Source: a virus (lineage: Duplodnaviria > Heunggongvirae > Uroviricota > Caudoviricetes). From it: 64,000 nt of DNA. The stretch lies in IMG/VR virus record IMGVR_UViG_3300008262_000022. The stretch is one strand, 5' to 3'. The translations under genes and the position numbers were made by a program. A model generated the notes under the pieces. The model saw nothing but the letters and a program-made list of their open reading frames with translations, made no database searches and was not told the origin of the DNA. Shown here piece after piece: positions 47,692 through 57,192 of the stretch; within the stretch, counting starts at the first letter, position 1; each line of letters begins with the position of its first letter.

Positions 47692-48650
47692 GTAAAGCTA
47701 AAGAAGCCAAAAAACAAAATCTATTTTTAAATACTACATTAATGGATTTGATAACATTATTAGACCCATCAGGTAAGTCTAAATATATTAATTTATTTGT
47801 TGGTTCTATTAAGGAAAAGATGGAACATGACATAGATAAATTAATTGTAGAACATTTTAAAAAAACAGGATTTGAGTGTCCTCAAGCATTACTCGAATAC
47901 GACAATATTACTAAACGAATATGGGTGGAGGTGTTATATAATATATTAAATGTGAGTGATATTAGTATATTATATAAATTTCATGATTTGAATGAAAGAC
48001 AATTAATTAAAAATAATGATATATCCCAATATAAAACATTAGGTGATTTAACTAATGTAGTTAATATAGCTGAGTTAAAGTTGCAAGATGTATCATTAGA
48101 TAAACAGATTACTATTTTAAATTCGGATGATGAATGGTTAATAATTAGACCACTAACACACCAGGCTTCTATTAAATATGGTTATGGAACTAAATGGTGT
48201 ACATCTATGAAAAATGAGTATGATTATTTCAGACGATATTCAACACGAGGTATATTAATATATTGCTTAAATAGAAATACAGGCGATAAAGTAGCATTCT
48301 TTAATAATTTAGACCCTGATTATGATAGAGAAGCTAGTTTTTGGAGTGCTAAGGATGAACGTATCGACTCAATGGAAACGGGATTACCATCGTATGTAAT
48401 AGATATAATCAAAACACAAATGGCAGAGCGAAAAACAAACGTTGAACTTCAGAGTGATGAAATAAGAAGATTTGAAGATGAGTATATACAGTCAATATAT
48501 AAAGAAAGAGAAATGCTTGAACCAACAGAGGAAAGAGCAACACGTGTAGAAAATCCAGTTGAGGTAGCACGAGAACATCTCCAACAAGCAATAAGTCAAT
48601 GGGCTAATCAACCTAACAACGATACTGACGATATTATTGCAGAAATTTAG
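47688..48650 (+). CDS. hypothetical protein
   Basis: ORF track. Confidence 0.5.
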   Translation: MSKAKEAKKQNLFLNTTLMDLITLLDPSGKSKYINLFVGSIKEKMEHDIDKLIVEHFKKTGFECPQALLEYDNITKRIWVEVLYNILNVSDISILYKFHDLNERQLIKNNDISQYKTLGDLTNVVNIAELKLQDVSLDKQITILNSDDEWLIIRPLTHQASIKYGYGTKWCTSMKNEYDYFRRYSTRGILIYCLNRNTGDKVAFFNNLDPDYDREASFWSAKDERIDSMETGLPSYVIDIIKTQMAERKTNVELQSDEIRRFEDEYIQSIYKEREMLEPTEERATRVENPVEVAREHLQQAISQWANQPNNDTDDIIAEI

Positions 48651-48654
48651 ATAA

Positions 48655-48708
48655 TTGGTTAGGCAAAATAAAGTTCGTACATTTACATCACAATTAAAAT
48701 AAAGGTTA
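48655..48708 (+). promoter_or_regulatory. candidate promoter
   Basis: TTAGGCAAAATAAAGTTCGTACATTTACATCACAATTAAAATAAAGGTTATG. Confidence 0.45.
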
Positions 48709-48878
48709 TGCAAACAATAGAAATAATAGCAATGATATGGGCTGTAATAATATCATTTTATGCCTTAATAGCTAAAGTGAATGGTGTAAATGTATTAAGT
48801 TTATATCTTATTAAGTTCATATCGTTTATAACTTTTATATGGTTTGGTTATAAACTAATATTATTAATACCTTAAAAT

Positions 48879-49361
48879 ATGAAAAACATACACTTATTAC
48901 CAACAGAAAAACCAAGTAGGTTGGTTAAAATTTATAGTGATATTGAAAGAAATAACTTCACTATAAAATTAGATGCAGAGGTAAATGATTCTTTCAAGGA
49001 ATATGTGAATATATACATCACTTCTGATGAAGAAATTAAAGAAGGAGATTGGTGTTATCAAGTAGAATTGAATGATAATAAAGTTGATAAATGTTATGAT
49101 ATTACATTGTATCATACTTGGACAAACAATGGAGTTGATAAAACCAGAAAATTTAAAAAAATAATCCTAACAACAGACCAAGACTTAATCAAAGATGGTG
49201 TACAAGCTATTGATGATGAGTTCTTAGAATGGTTTGTTAAGAATCCGAGTTGTGAGTATGTTCCAATTATTACAACAATAGTTTTAAATGAGTCTACCTA
49301 TAAGACAAACATTGGCTTTGAAAGTTGGAGAAAAGAAGAACCTAAAAAAGAAACACTTTAA
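48879..49361 (+). CDS. hypothetical protein
   Basis: ORF track. Confidence 0.45.
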   Translation: MKNIHLLPTEKPSRLVKIYSDIERNNFTIKLDAEVNDSFKEYVNIYITSDEEIKEGDWCYQVELNDNKVDKCYDITLYHTWTNNGVDKTRKFKKIILTTDQDLIKDGVQAIDDEFLEWFVKNPSCEYVPIITTIVLNESTYKTNIGFESWRKEEPKKETL

Positions 49362-50486
49362 ATTTTAAATAAAATGGTAGTATATGTTAATGGAATTAAA
49401 TGTTATACTTTAGAACAAATAAAGTTAGCATTAAAAAGAAAATAGGTTTGATATTTACCTTTGTGATTAAAAGAAGACTAGGACTACGAGTGTGTAAAGT
49501 CTTATTAATACTGCTAGTAGTAGTGTACGCAGCTTCACACATAATTCACATAAAAAGTTGTAGTAATATAAATCCAAAATAGACATTGTTATTCAATGTT
49601 GATAGTTTGGTTCTCTTGTCTGTTTACATAAAAACATATTGAGAATAGTATTACTACAAATTGTGTTGTTTCTCTGATTTGAGATAAGAGAAAGTTGCAG
49701 TAAGCCTAGTGAATGTGCGGACTAGTTCAACACAAAAATATCAAAATCTCTATCTAATTGTTTTGTAAAAGTTCACGTCAAGTCGTGGTTGTTGGTTATA
49801 AAGTAATCAGTGATGGTGTAGGTAGCACGTTACAAAACATTAGATGATATTCTATACCAATAATAGCATATAGCTTGAAAGAACATTACATTGGTAGAAG
49901 GTATTAAGTCATTGTGAAAATACTATCCCACTAATGTATGTTATACTTGATATAACTGTTAGGATTGTAGATGAATGGAGTATATAACCTAAGTAACAAT
50001 GTACTGTGGCAGCATATAAGACTAGCAAGAGTTCCAGTAGTTGAAATACTACAACGGTGTACAGCAAAGTGTCCTCTATATGCCTCAAACATAGTAATAT
50101 GTTTGTAGTAGTTTTGTTGGTAAAACTTTAAGTGTAACAAAACATTGTGCAAAATCCTTGTGGTGAAGATTTAATAAGAAAAAACTGTAGAATAAAATCT
50201 ACTAATGTATGAAGTTCAAAACTATACCAATTAATAAAATATTGAATGTATAGAAGTTTGTTTTGTAATACATTATATTTAATTATTAACAATTTAAACT
50301 AAAACAATATGATAACATTTTTATGGATGCTATATTTAGCATTGACTTTACTTTTTACTATAAGTATTACATATCAAGTACTAATAAATTTAGTTCATAA
50401 ACAAAAAGATGATACTTATAGTTTTATAATGCGTTTAATAACTTGTTTATTATGGTCTATTTGGTATTTTTATTATTTAAATTGAT

Positions 50487-50936
50487 ATGAAAAAGATAAC
50501 AGAAAAAACAATCCTTAAGCAAGGAGACAAGGAATTTCAACCAGTAGAAGCTGATGGAATTATTTACTGGGTTGGAAAAGAAGGTTTTGCTATAGCATCT
50601 TCAAAATTAATGACAGATGATATACCTGTTATTAGTTTGGATAGTTATGTTAAAAGATTAGCTGAAAGTAAGTATGAACTACAATCAAAAGCATTTGAAA
50701 ACTCAACTGAAATGTTTCCATTTAATGATTCAGAATTATTAAAAGCTGGATTTATTGATGGTTACAAATCAAACCCTAATCAATACACTCAAAAAGATAT
50801 TGAGAAAGCTATTGATTTGGCAAGAGAGGAAGATGGTTTTGAGTTTACATTAACTAAAGAAAAAATTTTACAACAAATCAACTCCATTTCAGTAATTGAA
50901 GTAGACGAACAATTTAACATTATAAGCTATGAGTAA
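50487..50936 (+). CDS. hypothetical protein
   Basis: ORF track. Confidence 0.45.
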   Translation: MKKITEKTILKQGDKEFQPVEADGIIYWVGKEGFAIASSKLMTDDIPVISLDSYVKRLAESKYELQSKAFENSTEMFPFNDSELLKAGFIDGYKSNPNQYTQKDIEKAIDLAREEDGFEFTLTKEKILQQINSISVIEVDEQFNIISYE

Positions 50937-51180
50937 CACAAAACAAACAGCCGTAGATTTTCTAATTGAATATTTTGATGCAATATTAGGAGTATACATA
51001 CCTAATGAAAAAATTCCGCAAAATATTATTCAACAAGCCAAAGAAATTGAAGAACAGCAACACAAAGAAACATTTAAACAATCAAGACAGGCTAAAATAT
51101 TTGAAAAAGATATGCCACCTGTTTGGGAATCATTTGAACAATATTACAAAAAAACTTACAAACTCGGAGGTAACAAATGA
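50929..51180 (+). CDS. hypothetical protein
   Basis: ORF track. Confidence 0.45.
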   Translation: MSNTKQTAVDFLIEYFDAILGVYIPNEKIPQNIIQQAKEIEEQQHKETFKQSRQAKIFEKDMPPVWESFEQYYKKTYKLGGNK

Positions 51181-51220
51181 AAAAAATGAAACGTGACAAA
51201 GTAGACGGAGGTAAATAAGT

Positions 51221-51273
51221 TGGTTGGCAAAACTATCGTTCGTACATTTATATCACAATTAAAAATAAAGGTT
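51221..51273 (+). promoter_or_regulatory. candidate promoter
   Basis: TTGGTTGGCAAAACTATCGTTCGTACATTTATATCACAATTAAAAATAAAGGTTATG. Confidence 0.45.
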
Positions 51274-51642
51274 ATGAATAAACGCGAATTTATATTAAAT
51301 ACCTTAATTGGGTATAAAAATAACCCAGAAACATGCGCATATGAAAATGATAGATGTTTATATTTAACATCTGACGGGCGAAAATGTGCTGTTGGTAAAC
51401 ATTTAAAAGAAGGTGAACATCAATATTGTCATGGGGATGTAGATATTTTATTATATGACTATAATAGTGATGATATATTCACTGATGAAGCCAAGCAATA
51501 TGATTTATCAATAAGAGAGTGGGATCTAATGCAGAAATACCACGATTATATTGCTCAAGATAAAAATATAAGTAGGTTGAATAATATTGTTACATCTTTA
51601 GAAGAGATAACTAAATTATCGTTCCCCGAACTAAAATATTAG
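51274..51642 (+). CDS. hypothetical protein
   Basis: ATG after the promoter motif; the track ORF from 51220 reads through the promoter. Confidence 0.45.
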   Translation: MNKREFILNTLIGYKNNPETCAYENDRCLYLTSDGRKCAVGKHLKEGEHQYCHGDVDILLYDYNSDDIFTDEAKQYDLSIREWDLMQKYHDYIAQDKNISRLNNIVTSLEEITKLSFPELKY

Positions 51643-51651
51643 AAATCATAT

Positions 51652-51773
51652 AGTCAGGTGGTGGAATTGGTAGACACACCCTTAGTAATGGGGATTCAAC
51701 TCAATGTACAAATGTATGAGAGAAACTATTACCGTAGATATATTGAACACAGGTTCGAATCCTGTCCTGACTA
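51652..51773 (+). tRNA. tRNA-like element C
   Basis: AGTCAGG-TG-GTG-GAATTGGTAGA-CAC .. ACAGG-TTCGAAT-CCTGT-CCTGACT-A; internal CCC/GGG stem with TAGTAAT loop (GUA-like) but position 33 is not U; 122 nt. Confidence 0.4.
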
Positions 51774-51799
51774 CAAAATGATTTATTAATTAAAATAAA

Positions 51800-52189
51800 A
51801 TGAACGCTTTAAAAATTGAAACAAGAAAACAAATTGATCTAGGAGATTGGGATAATCTAGTATCTGAGCATTATGGTAAAATTTATAGTTTTCAACAACA
51901 AGATGATTGTAAAGAAAGAGGTATTGAAACTATAACAGTACCATGTGAACCAGAAGATTATGAAAACGATTCAATTCCATTTGTAATTAACGGAGATGAA
52001 ATGGGTGTTAGTTTTAAAACTTGGTTAGAAACATCACCTGAAGACACTAAAAAAGAATTTACTGATTCTTGGGGGAATAATTTATTTTGGGATAGAAATT
52101 TTTATCCTCACGTGAGTATGATTATAAATGATCTACACGCAAAAGGAATTCTACCTGAAGGTGAATATGATATTAAAATAAATTGGTAA
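51800..52189 (+). CDS. hypothetical protein
   Basis: ORF track; between two tRNA-like elements. Confidence 0.45.
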   Translation: MNALKIETRKQIDLGDWDNLVSEHYGKIYSFQQQDDCKERGIETITVPCEPEDYENDSIPFVINGDEMGVSFKTWLETSPEDTKKEFTDSWGNNLFWDRNFYPHVSMIINDLHAKGILPEGEYDIKINW

Positions 52190-52198
52190 TCAAATTAC

Positions 52199-52296
52199 AG
52201 TCAGGTGGCGTAGATGGTGAAACGCAGAGCGGATGTGGATATCGCTTACTTTGAGACCACATAAAAAGGATACAGGTTCGAATCCTGTCCTGACTA
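52199..52296 (+). tRNA. tRNA-like element E
   Basis: same acceptor and T arm; 98 nt; internal ATGTGG/CCACAT pairing instead of a canonical anticodon arm. Confidence 0.4.
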
Positions 52297-52409
52297 CAAA
52301 ATTGAAAAGAATATGAAAAACGATAACTTAAAAACAACAATCGGGTTAGTATTGGCATTGGCATTAGTATATGTTATAGGTCAGATATTACTTAGAATGA
52401 ATTTAATTT

Positions 52410-52600
52410 AGTCAGGTGGCGAAATTGGTAGACGCTACGAGTGGGTGTTACACTAATACATCCGTAACTAAGGTATGACTCTATGTGGGTGGCTGAACGT
52501 ACTGCAAACGGTGTGATAATTCTGGGCTTGAATCCAGTGTATCCTACTACAAGCCTTTGATTAATGACCACATTTACAGGTTCGAGTCCTGTCCTGACTA
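52410..52600 (+). tRNA. tRNA-like element D (composite, contains an internal degenerate T-arm/3' end)
   Basis: same 5' and 3' ends; internal CTGGGCTTGAATCCAG..TCCTACTACAAG looks like a decayed second 3' half; 191 nt. Confidence 0.35.
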
Positions 52601-52610
52601 CAAAACAAAT

Positions 52611-52663
52611 TTGATTGGCAAAATAAAATTATTACCTTTACACCACAATTAATAATTAAGGTT
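52611..52663 (+). promoter_or_regulatory. candidate promoter
   Basis: TTGATTGGCAAAATAAAATTATTACCTTTACACCACAATTAATAATTAAGGTTATG. Confidence 0.45.
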
Positions 52664-52864
52664 ATGAATAAATCAGAACAAAACAAGGCAAAGGTACAAA
52701 ACATCATCAAGATGTTAAACGAAATAAACGTTGATGGTGAAACAATGGAATATATCCTCAACCAAGTGGGTATGGAACAACAAATGTTGAAACAATTAAT
52801 AATGAGTTCACCAATTGAATGGTCGATTAGATTATTAAACGAGAAAGTAAATTTACCTAAATAA
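52664..52864 (+). CDS. hypothetical protein
   Basis: ORF track. Confidence 0.4.
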   Translation: MNKSEQNKAKVQNIIKMLNEINVDGETMEYILNQVGMEQQMLKQLIMSSPIEWSIRLLNEKVNLPK

Positions 52865-53580
52865 TGCGAGGCGGAGTAAAGAGATAGATATAAGAATAAA
52901 TAGACGAATAATATCCAGTAATAAACAAGATATGAAAATCAAAGAAACATATATTGTGTGGAGTGAGAGATTTAATCAATTGGTTAAACTCCATTATACC
53001 ACATACCGAGATGGTAGCGGGGCTAGATACTTCATCGAAGTGAACCTAAATATAGTTGCAATAACCATAGATGAAGCCCACGAATTATTAGACCAATATA
53101 ATTAATAATCAATAATATGGAAATTCATAGCGATTATAAAGTAATTCGAACAACATTATTATCCGAGCTGGAGAAGGATGTTAATACATATCTCAATAAG
53201 GGATGGCAACTACAAGGAGGAATATCAACCGTAATGGGTCATGGCGACACCCAACATTATTTACAAGCCGTTTGTATTAAACGAGAAGTATAATTACTCA
53301 CAAAAATAAATGCAAAATATCGCGTAAAGATGCGCAAAAAACGCAAGTAAATGATATGATGTGAAAATTTGTTAAGTGTGAACTAAGTGATGGATGTGTG
53401 GAAACCGAAACGAGAGTTTCGGGCGCCCGAAAAGTGAGTTTAGGGTGATAGGTGGAATGAGTTTAGGGAATGGTTGGGGCGAGGCGTGGCGTGGGTCAGA
53501 AAATTGTGCACACCACACACCTATTTCACAACGACTCATATATCCAGATATACTTTCTCGCGTGTCTTGGCACAATTTTT

Positions 53581-53610
53581 GCTTAAATTTACACCACAAT
53601 TAAAAAAACA
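53581..53610 (+). promoter_or_regulatory. candidate promoter
   Basis: AAATTTACACCACAATTAAAAAAACAATG. Confidence 0.4.
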
Positions 53611-53889
53611 ATGAAACCAACTAAAGAACAACGTAAGCACGTGTATAATTGGATGTTAAAACAATTAAATGATGGTTGTGTCAGTCCTTTTTTGTGTAAT
53701 CTTTTAGATGATTATAACGAAACTTTTATCAAAAATTTTGTACTAATTGATTTTCCTGAATTGGTTAGACAGCGACAAGGAGATCGTTGTGCTTGGTTTT
53801 TTGAAATAGACGGTATTGTGGATTACCACGAAATACGCATCCGCGTATTAAATAACGCATTGATTTATTTAAACACTGAAATAGTATAA
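53611..53889 (+). CDS. hypothetical protein (tandem paralog 1)
   Basis: QRKHVYNWMLKQ..FLCNLLDDYNE..DFPELVRQRQ. Confidence 0.45.
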   Translation: MKPTKEQRKHVYNWMLKQLNDGCVSPFLCNLLDDYNETFIKNFVLIDFPELVRQRQGDRCAWFFEIDGIVDYHEIRIRVLNNALIYLNTEIV

Positions 53890-53891
53890 TT

Positions 53892-54242
53892 ATGAATAAT
53901 ACATTAGGTTGGAAAACAGATCACTCAGCATGTATCCTTGAGGAACAACGCCTACACGTGTACAGATGGATGTTGAAGGAAATATTAAATGGTAATACTA
54001 CCGGCGAGTTTTTGTGTCATTTGTTGGACAAATACAACGAACAACACGACACCAATTACAAATTGGATCAATTCCCCGAATTGGTTATGCAGCGACAATC
54101 AACTTATAGTTGGTGGGGTGGAATAGGGGATAAAAACAAATACAAATACCTCAACAAAAAACATGGGATGGATAGTTTTAAAGACCGAATGAAATTCCGT
54201 TCATATGTTCTGTCGGATGCAATAGAATTTTTAATGGATTAG
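53892..54242 (+). CDS. hypothetical protein (tandem paralog 2)
   Basis: QRLHVYRWMLKE..FLCHLLDKYNE..QFPELVMQRQ. Confidence 0.45.
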   Translation: MNNTLGWKTDHSACILEEQRLHVYRWMLKEILNGNTTGEFLCHLLDKYNEQHDTNYKLDQFPELVMQRQSTYSWWGGIGDKNKYKYLNKKHGMDSFKDRMKFRSYVLSDAIEFLMD

Positions 54243-54254
54243 TTAGGAAGGCAA

Positions 54255-54295
54255 GGCTTTTTACGTACCTTTACACCATAATTAATAACAAACAT
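54255..54295 (+). promoter_or_regulatory. candidate promoter
   Basis: TTTTACGTACCTTTACACCATAATTAATAACAAACATATG. Confidence 0.4.
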
Positions 54296-54559
54296 ATGTC
54301 TAAAGTACAAATCAGATCAATTTTTGAACAGATTTCAGAAATTGTTTTCAACACAGCCGATTTAGCTATTGCTAAACAAAGCACTATTGAATTTGTTTCA
54401 TCAAAAACTATCAACGACAAAGACAAACAAGCTATTTTATCCAGTATCAATGGTTGTACTACAATCACTAAATTTCAGATGTATGTAGCTAACGCGTTAC
54501 TTAAGTATGAAGGATTAGGGGCGGATAGGATGGCGAAGGAATATAAGCCTCGCGTATAA
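54296..54559 (+). CDS. hypothetical protein
   Basis: ORF track. Confidence 0.4.
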   Translation: MSKVQIRSIFEQISEIVFNTADLAIAKQSTIEFVSSKTINDKDKQAILSSINGCTTITKFQMYVANALLKYEGLGADRMAKEYKPRV

Positions 54560-54594
54560 CGCAAAGCAAATACGTAAAAAACACTATTGAATAA

Positions 54595-54620
54595 GACAAC
54601 CACTCCGGTTGTCTTTTTTT
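54595..54620 (+). terminator. rho-independent terminator
   Basis: GACAACC-ACTCC-GGTTGTC then TTTTTTT. Confidence 0.65.
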
Positions 54621-54788
54621 GTCTGCACATATGTATTGTCGTTCAAGCAGCAAATTCGATTGGTAGCCCGTGAGTTACCCAACTTAGTAGCACAGCCCTT
54701 TGTAGCACCGCAAACAGTTATAGCTAGAGAGCAAATAAATATACAAACACTTCTTTAAAAGACCTAGCATTTTTGTGCAGGCTATCTT

Positions 54789-54810
54789 TGTGCTCGGCAC
54801 AGCTTTTTTC
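54789..54810 (+). terminator. terminator-like hairpin
   Basis: TGTGC-TCG-GCACA..GCTTTTTT. Confidence 0.35.
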
Positions 54811-54869
54811 GTATCTTGTAGCCAATGCTTTTTTATCACAAATTTTTTTGCAACAGCACTTGTTGAGAG

Positions 54870-54921
54870 GCAAAGTCCAAAGCATATATTTACATCATAA
54901 TAAAATTAAATAATAAAGGTT
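54870..54921 (+). promoter_or_regulatory. candidate promoter
   Basis: CAAAGCATATATTTACATCATAATAAAATTAAATAATAAAGGTTATG. Confidence 0.45.
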
Positions 54922-55176
54922 ATGTCAACAGAAAACACAGCAGTTGCTACTGCAACTAAAAAAGTAGGTCGTCCGGTAGTAGAAGGTTCAAAGCGTCAAG
55001 CACAAATGGCTGCTCGAGCAGAACGAATCGCAAACGGAGTAGAAATTAAACGTGGTCGCCCAGCATCAACCACTTCAAAACGTGCAATTAAAATGCAAGA
55101 ACGTGCAGAACGAATCGCTCGTGGTGAGAAGGTAGGGCCGGGTCGCCCAAAAGTAAAAGTTGAGGCTGCCGCTTAA
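54922..55176 (+). CDS. basic AT-hook-like DNA-binding protein (paralog A)
   Basis: VGRPV, KRGRPA, GPGRPK (RGRP cores) with a repeated ..R.A.M.ARAERIA.G.. unit. Confidence 0.45.
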   Translation: MSTENTAVATATKKVGRPVVEGSKRQAQMAARAERIANGVEIKRGRPASTTSKRAIKMQERAERIARGEKVGPGRPKVKVEAAA

Positions 55177-55192
55177 GGTAGCTTTTTACTAG

Positions 55193-55231
55193 ATCGCCTG
55201 CGGACTTTTTGTTCGGCAGGCGATTTTTTTG
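55193..55231 (+). terminator. rho-independent terminator
   Basis: ATCGCCTGC..14 nt..GCAGGCGAT then TTTTTTT. Confidence 0.6.
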
Positions 55232-55254
55232 TATATTTATCTAAAATTTTTACC

Positions 55255-55491
55255 ATGAAAGATAAAATAATAAAACACCTAGCAAAGGCTAAAGAGGAAA
55301 TCGATAATATCCTAGATGAAGCCATGTTAAATGCAACCAACATCGAAAATATCGATCTAGAGTATATGGGTCAGCAAGTTGATGATCTGATAGTTCAGCT
55401 AGAGGAAATAGACGATATTGAATTTACCCCAGAAGAGGAAGATTTATCGTGGATGGATGACGATGATGAAGATTACGATGATAACTACTAA
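55255..55491 (+). CDS. acidic hypothetical protein
   Basis: ORF track; C-terminal DDDDEDYDDNY. Confidence 0.4.
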   Translation: MKDKIIKHLAKAKEEIDNILDEAMLNATNIENIDLEYMGQQVDDLIVQLEEIDDIEFTPEEEDLSWMDDDDEDYDDNY

Positions 55492-55496
55492 TACAG

Positions 55497-55523
55497 AGCG
55501 CTCGCATAATGAGCGCTATTTTT
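55497..55523 (+). terminator. rho-independent terminator
   Basis: AGCGCTC-GCATAAT-GAGCGCT then ATTTTT. Confidence 0.55.
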
Positions 55524-55533
55524 GTCTAACGAT

Positions 55534-55725
55534 ATGACTAGAACCAAGTGTAATAAATGCTCAAAGAATTTTTTGTCGTATGATCCTGGGGATCTTTGTC
55601 CGGCGTGTGGGGAGGGATGGCTGCTTTCCTCTAGATGGTCCGGAGGGTCTAGCACCCCTAAAAAGGCCCCTTTAGCCGATAGTAAATTTTTTAAACAGCG
55701 AAGCACAAAATTTAGTGTTAGATAG
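55534..55725 (+). CDS. zinc-ribbon protein
   Basis: CNKCSK..CPACGEG; ATG at 55534 (track start 55522 is TTG). Confidence 0.4.
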   Translation: MTRTKCNKCSKNFLSYDPGDLCPACGEGWLLSSRWSGGSSTPKKAPLADSKFFKQRSTKFSVR

Positions 55726-55775
55726 GCACAATTCTTTTTGTATATTTACACCACAATTAAAAAAAAATAAAGGTT
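55725..55775 (+). promoter_or_regulatory. candidate promoter
   Basis: TTCTTTTTGTATATTTACACCACAATTAAAAAAAAATAAAGGTTATG. Confidence 0.45.
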
Positions 55776-56201
55776 ATGAAAAACGGATTAGAATTATTCA
55801 ATGCAATGAAAGCAGAAGCTAAAGCATTAGGAATCGACATCAAAGGTATGAAAAAAGCAGAAATCGAAGCAGCAATTGTTGCGGCTCAAGAGAAATTTGC
55901 TGAACAAAACAGTGATGATGTTGAATCACAAACAGAAGTGGTTATTAGTATCACAAATGAAGGTGTTACTAAATCAACAAGACCTGGTCGCCCAGTAAAT
56001 CCTGACAGTGTTAGACAAAAAGTACTTGCTGAGAAACAGAAATTACGTGAAGCAGGTTTGTTGAGAAGGGGACGTCCGGCAGTAGAAGGATCAGCTCGAC
56101 AAGCTCGAATGCAAGCTAGGGCAGAAAAATTAGCTGCAGGTATTCCAATTAAACCGGGCAGACCGAAAATGGTTAAACCTGAAGAAGTTAAGGCAGAATA
56201 A
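55776..56201 (+). CDS. AT-hook-like DNA-binding protein (paralog B)
   Basis: RPGRPV, RRGRPAVEGSARQARMQARAEKLAAG, KPGRPK; shares its repeat unit with 54922. Confidence 0.45.
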   Translation: MKNGLELFNAMKAEAKALGIDIKGMKKAEIEAAIVAAQEKFAEQNSDDVESQTEVVISITNEGVTKSTRPGRPVNPDSVRQKVLAEKQKLREAGLLRRGRPAVEGSARQARMQARAEKLAAGIPIKPGRPKMVKPEEVKAE

Positions 56202-56230
56202 GTTGTTATTAATTGTTGTTTGTTATACAA

Positions 56231-56258
56231 GAGCGCTTCGTAATGAAGCGCTTTTTGT
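56231..56258 (+). terminator. rho-independent terminator
   Basis: AGCGCTTC-GTAAT-GAAGCGCT then TTTTG. Confidence 0.6.
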
Positions 56259-56260
56259 TT

Positions 56261-56288
56261 GTCAAGATTTTTGTATTATATTTACATC
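56261..56288 (+). promoter_or_regulatory. candidate promoter
   Basis: TTGTCAAGATTTTTGTATTATATTTACATCATG. Confidence 0.45.
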
Positions 56289-56465
56289 ATGAAAACGATT
56301 ATAATAAAGCTATTCATAATAGTGTGTTGTGGTGAATACAGTAATGGAAATTACCACTACGAAGCTAAATCAACAAGTGACACTTCAACATATAGTGTTT
56401 ACAGCACAACTAAATACAATGTTGGAGATACGATTCAATATAAATTTGTTGGTTTGTCAAAGTAA
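56289..56465 (+). CDS. small secreted/lipoprotein-like protein
   Basis: MKTIIIKLFIIVCCGE; ATG at 56289 (track start 56259 lies within the promoter). Confidence 0.35.
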   Translation: MKTIIIKLFIIVCCGEYSNGNYHYEAKSTSDTSTYSVYSTTKYNVGDTIQYKFVGLSK

Positions 56466-56502
56466 TTGTGTTATATTTACATCACAATTAATAAATAAAA
56501 CA
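56466..56502 (+). promoter_or_regulatory. candidate promoter
   Basis: TGTGTTATATTTACATCACAATTAATAAATAAAACAATG. Confidence 0.45.
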
Positions 56503-56697
56503 ATGAAAGCTTCAGAATTAATTAGTCAATTACAAGAATTGATTGACAAAAACGGTGACAAAGAATTAGTATTGAGAGTAACTGATCATACTGATTGGGA
56601 TTATCATTTCGAATTTCCTGACTTCGAATTAGACGAAGTGTATGATGAAGATGATGATTTTGAAGGTGAATATTTTGTTTGTCATCAGAGTATTTAA
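56503..56697 (+). CDS. acidic small protein
   Basis: MKASELISQLQELIDKNGDKE; the track ORF 56329.. overlaps the upstream gene and promoter, so the start was trimmed. Confidence 0.4.
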   Translation: MKASELISQLQELIDKNGDKELVLRVTDHTDWDYHFEFPDFELDEVYDEDDDFEGEYFVCHQSI

Positions 56698-56707
56698 AAT
56701 AATATTT

Positions 56708-56735
56708 GGGTAGTCAAGACTACCCATTTATTTTT
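56708..56735 (+). terminator. rho-independent terminator
   Basis: GGGTAGTC/GACTACCC palindrome then ATTTATTTTT. Confidence 0.55.
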
Positions 56736-56758
56736 ACATCACAATTAATAACAAATGA
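56736..56758 (+). promoter_or_regulatory. candidate promoter
   Basis: TTTTTACATCACAATTAATAACAAATGATATG. Confidence 0.4.
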
Positions 56759-56939
56759 TATGAAAAATAATTATCTAATTTTTCCAAATCCAAATGACGT
56801 GTATTCTAATTTAACTACTACATGTACTAGAGAAGAGTTAAATAATGTTCTAATTGAACTAGAATTGATAGAACCTAATGATCATTATTCAAATTGTGCT
56901 TGGGTAATATTTGAAAACGGAATAATGGTTCAAGGTTAA
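56759..56939 (+). CDS. hypothetical protein
   Basis: MKNNYLIFPNPNDV; start trimmed relative to track 56706. Confidence 0.4.
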
Positions 56940-56946
56940 TTAAATT

Positions 56947-56968
56947 AAGGCTCGTCAGAGCCTTTTTT
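56947..56968 (+). terminator. rho-independent terminator
   Basis: AAGGCTC-GTCA-GAGCCTT then TTTT. Confidence 0.6.
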
Positions 56969-57000
56969 ATATATTCACATCACAATTAATAATTAATCAT
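56968..57000 (+). promoter_or_regulatory. candidate promoter
   Basis: TATATATTCACATCACAATTAATAATTAATCATATG. Confidence 0.4.
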
Positions 57001-57192
57001 ATGTCAGATTTTAACGTAACAAAATTAGAAAATGGTGATTTCGAAGTAACAAAATCACATCAAAAACAAGCAAACTTATTATATGTAGTTTGGGTATTGT
57101 TTGTTGTATCAGTAGTGTTAATGTCGATGTCTTGTTCAACAAATAAATCGACCTTCAAGACAGCTCGTTATTGTAAACATCAAATGTATTAA
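57001..57192 (+). CDS. small membrane protein
   Basis: ORF track; TM segment LLYVVWVLFVVSVVLM. Confidence 0.4.
   Translation: MSDFNVTKLENGDFEVTKSHQKQANLLYVVWVLFVVSVVLMSMSCSTNKSTFKTARYCKHQMY

Noticed and set aside
49400-49582. Track ORF 49400..49582 and 49931..50152 (-)
   Set aside because: Low-complexity, no start context; the region is instead reported as ORF-free.
33233-52600. Calling the tRNA-like elements as specific isoacceptors (e.g. tRNA-Leu or tRNA-Tyr)
   Set aside because: D and T arms look like type-II tRNAs, but no copy gives a 5-bp anticodon stem with a 7-nt loop and U33; assigning anticodons would be invention.
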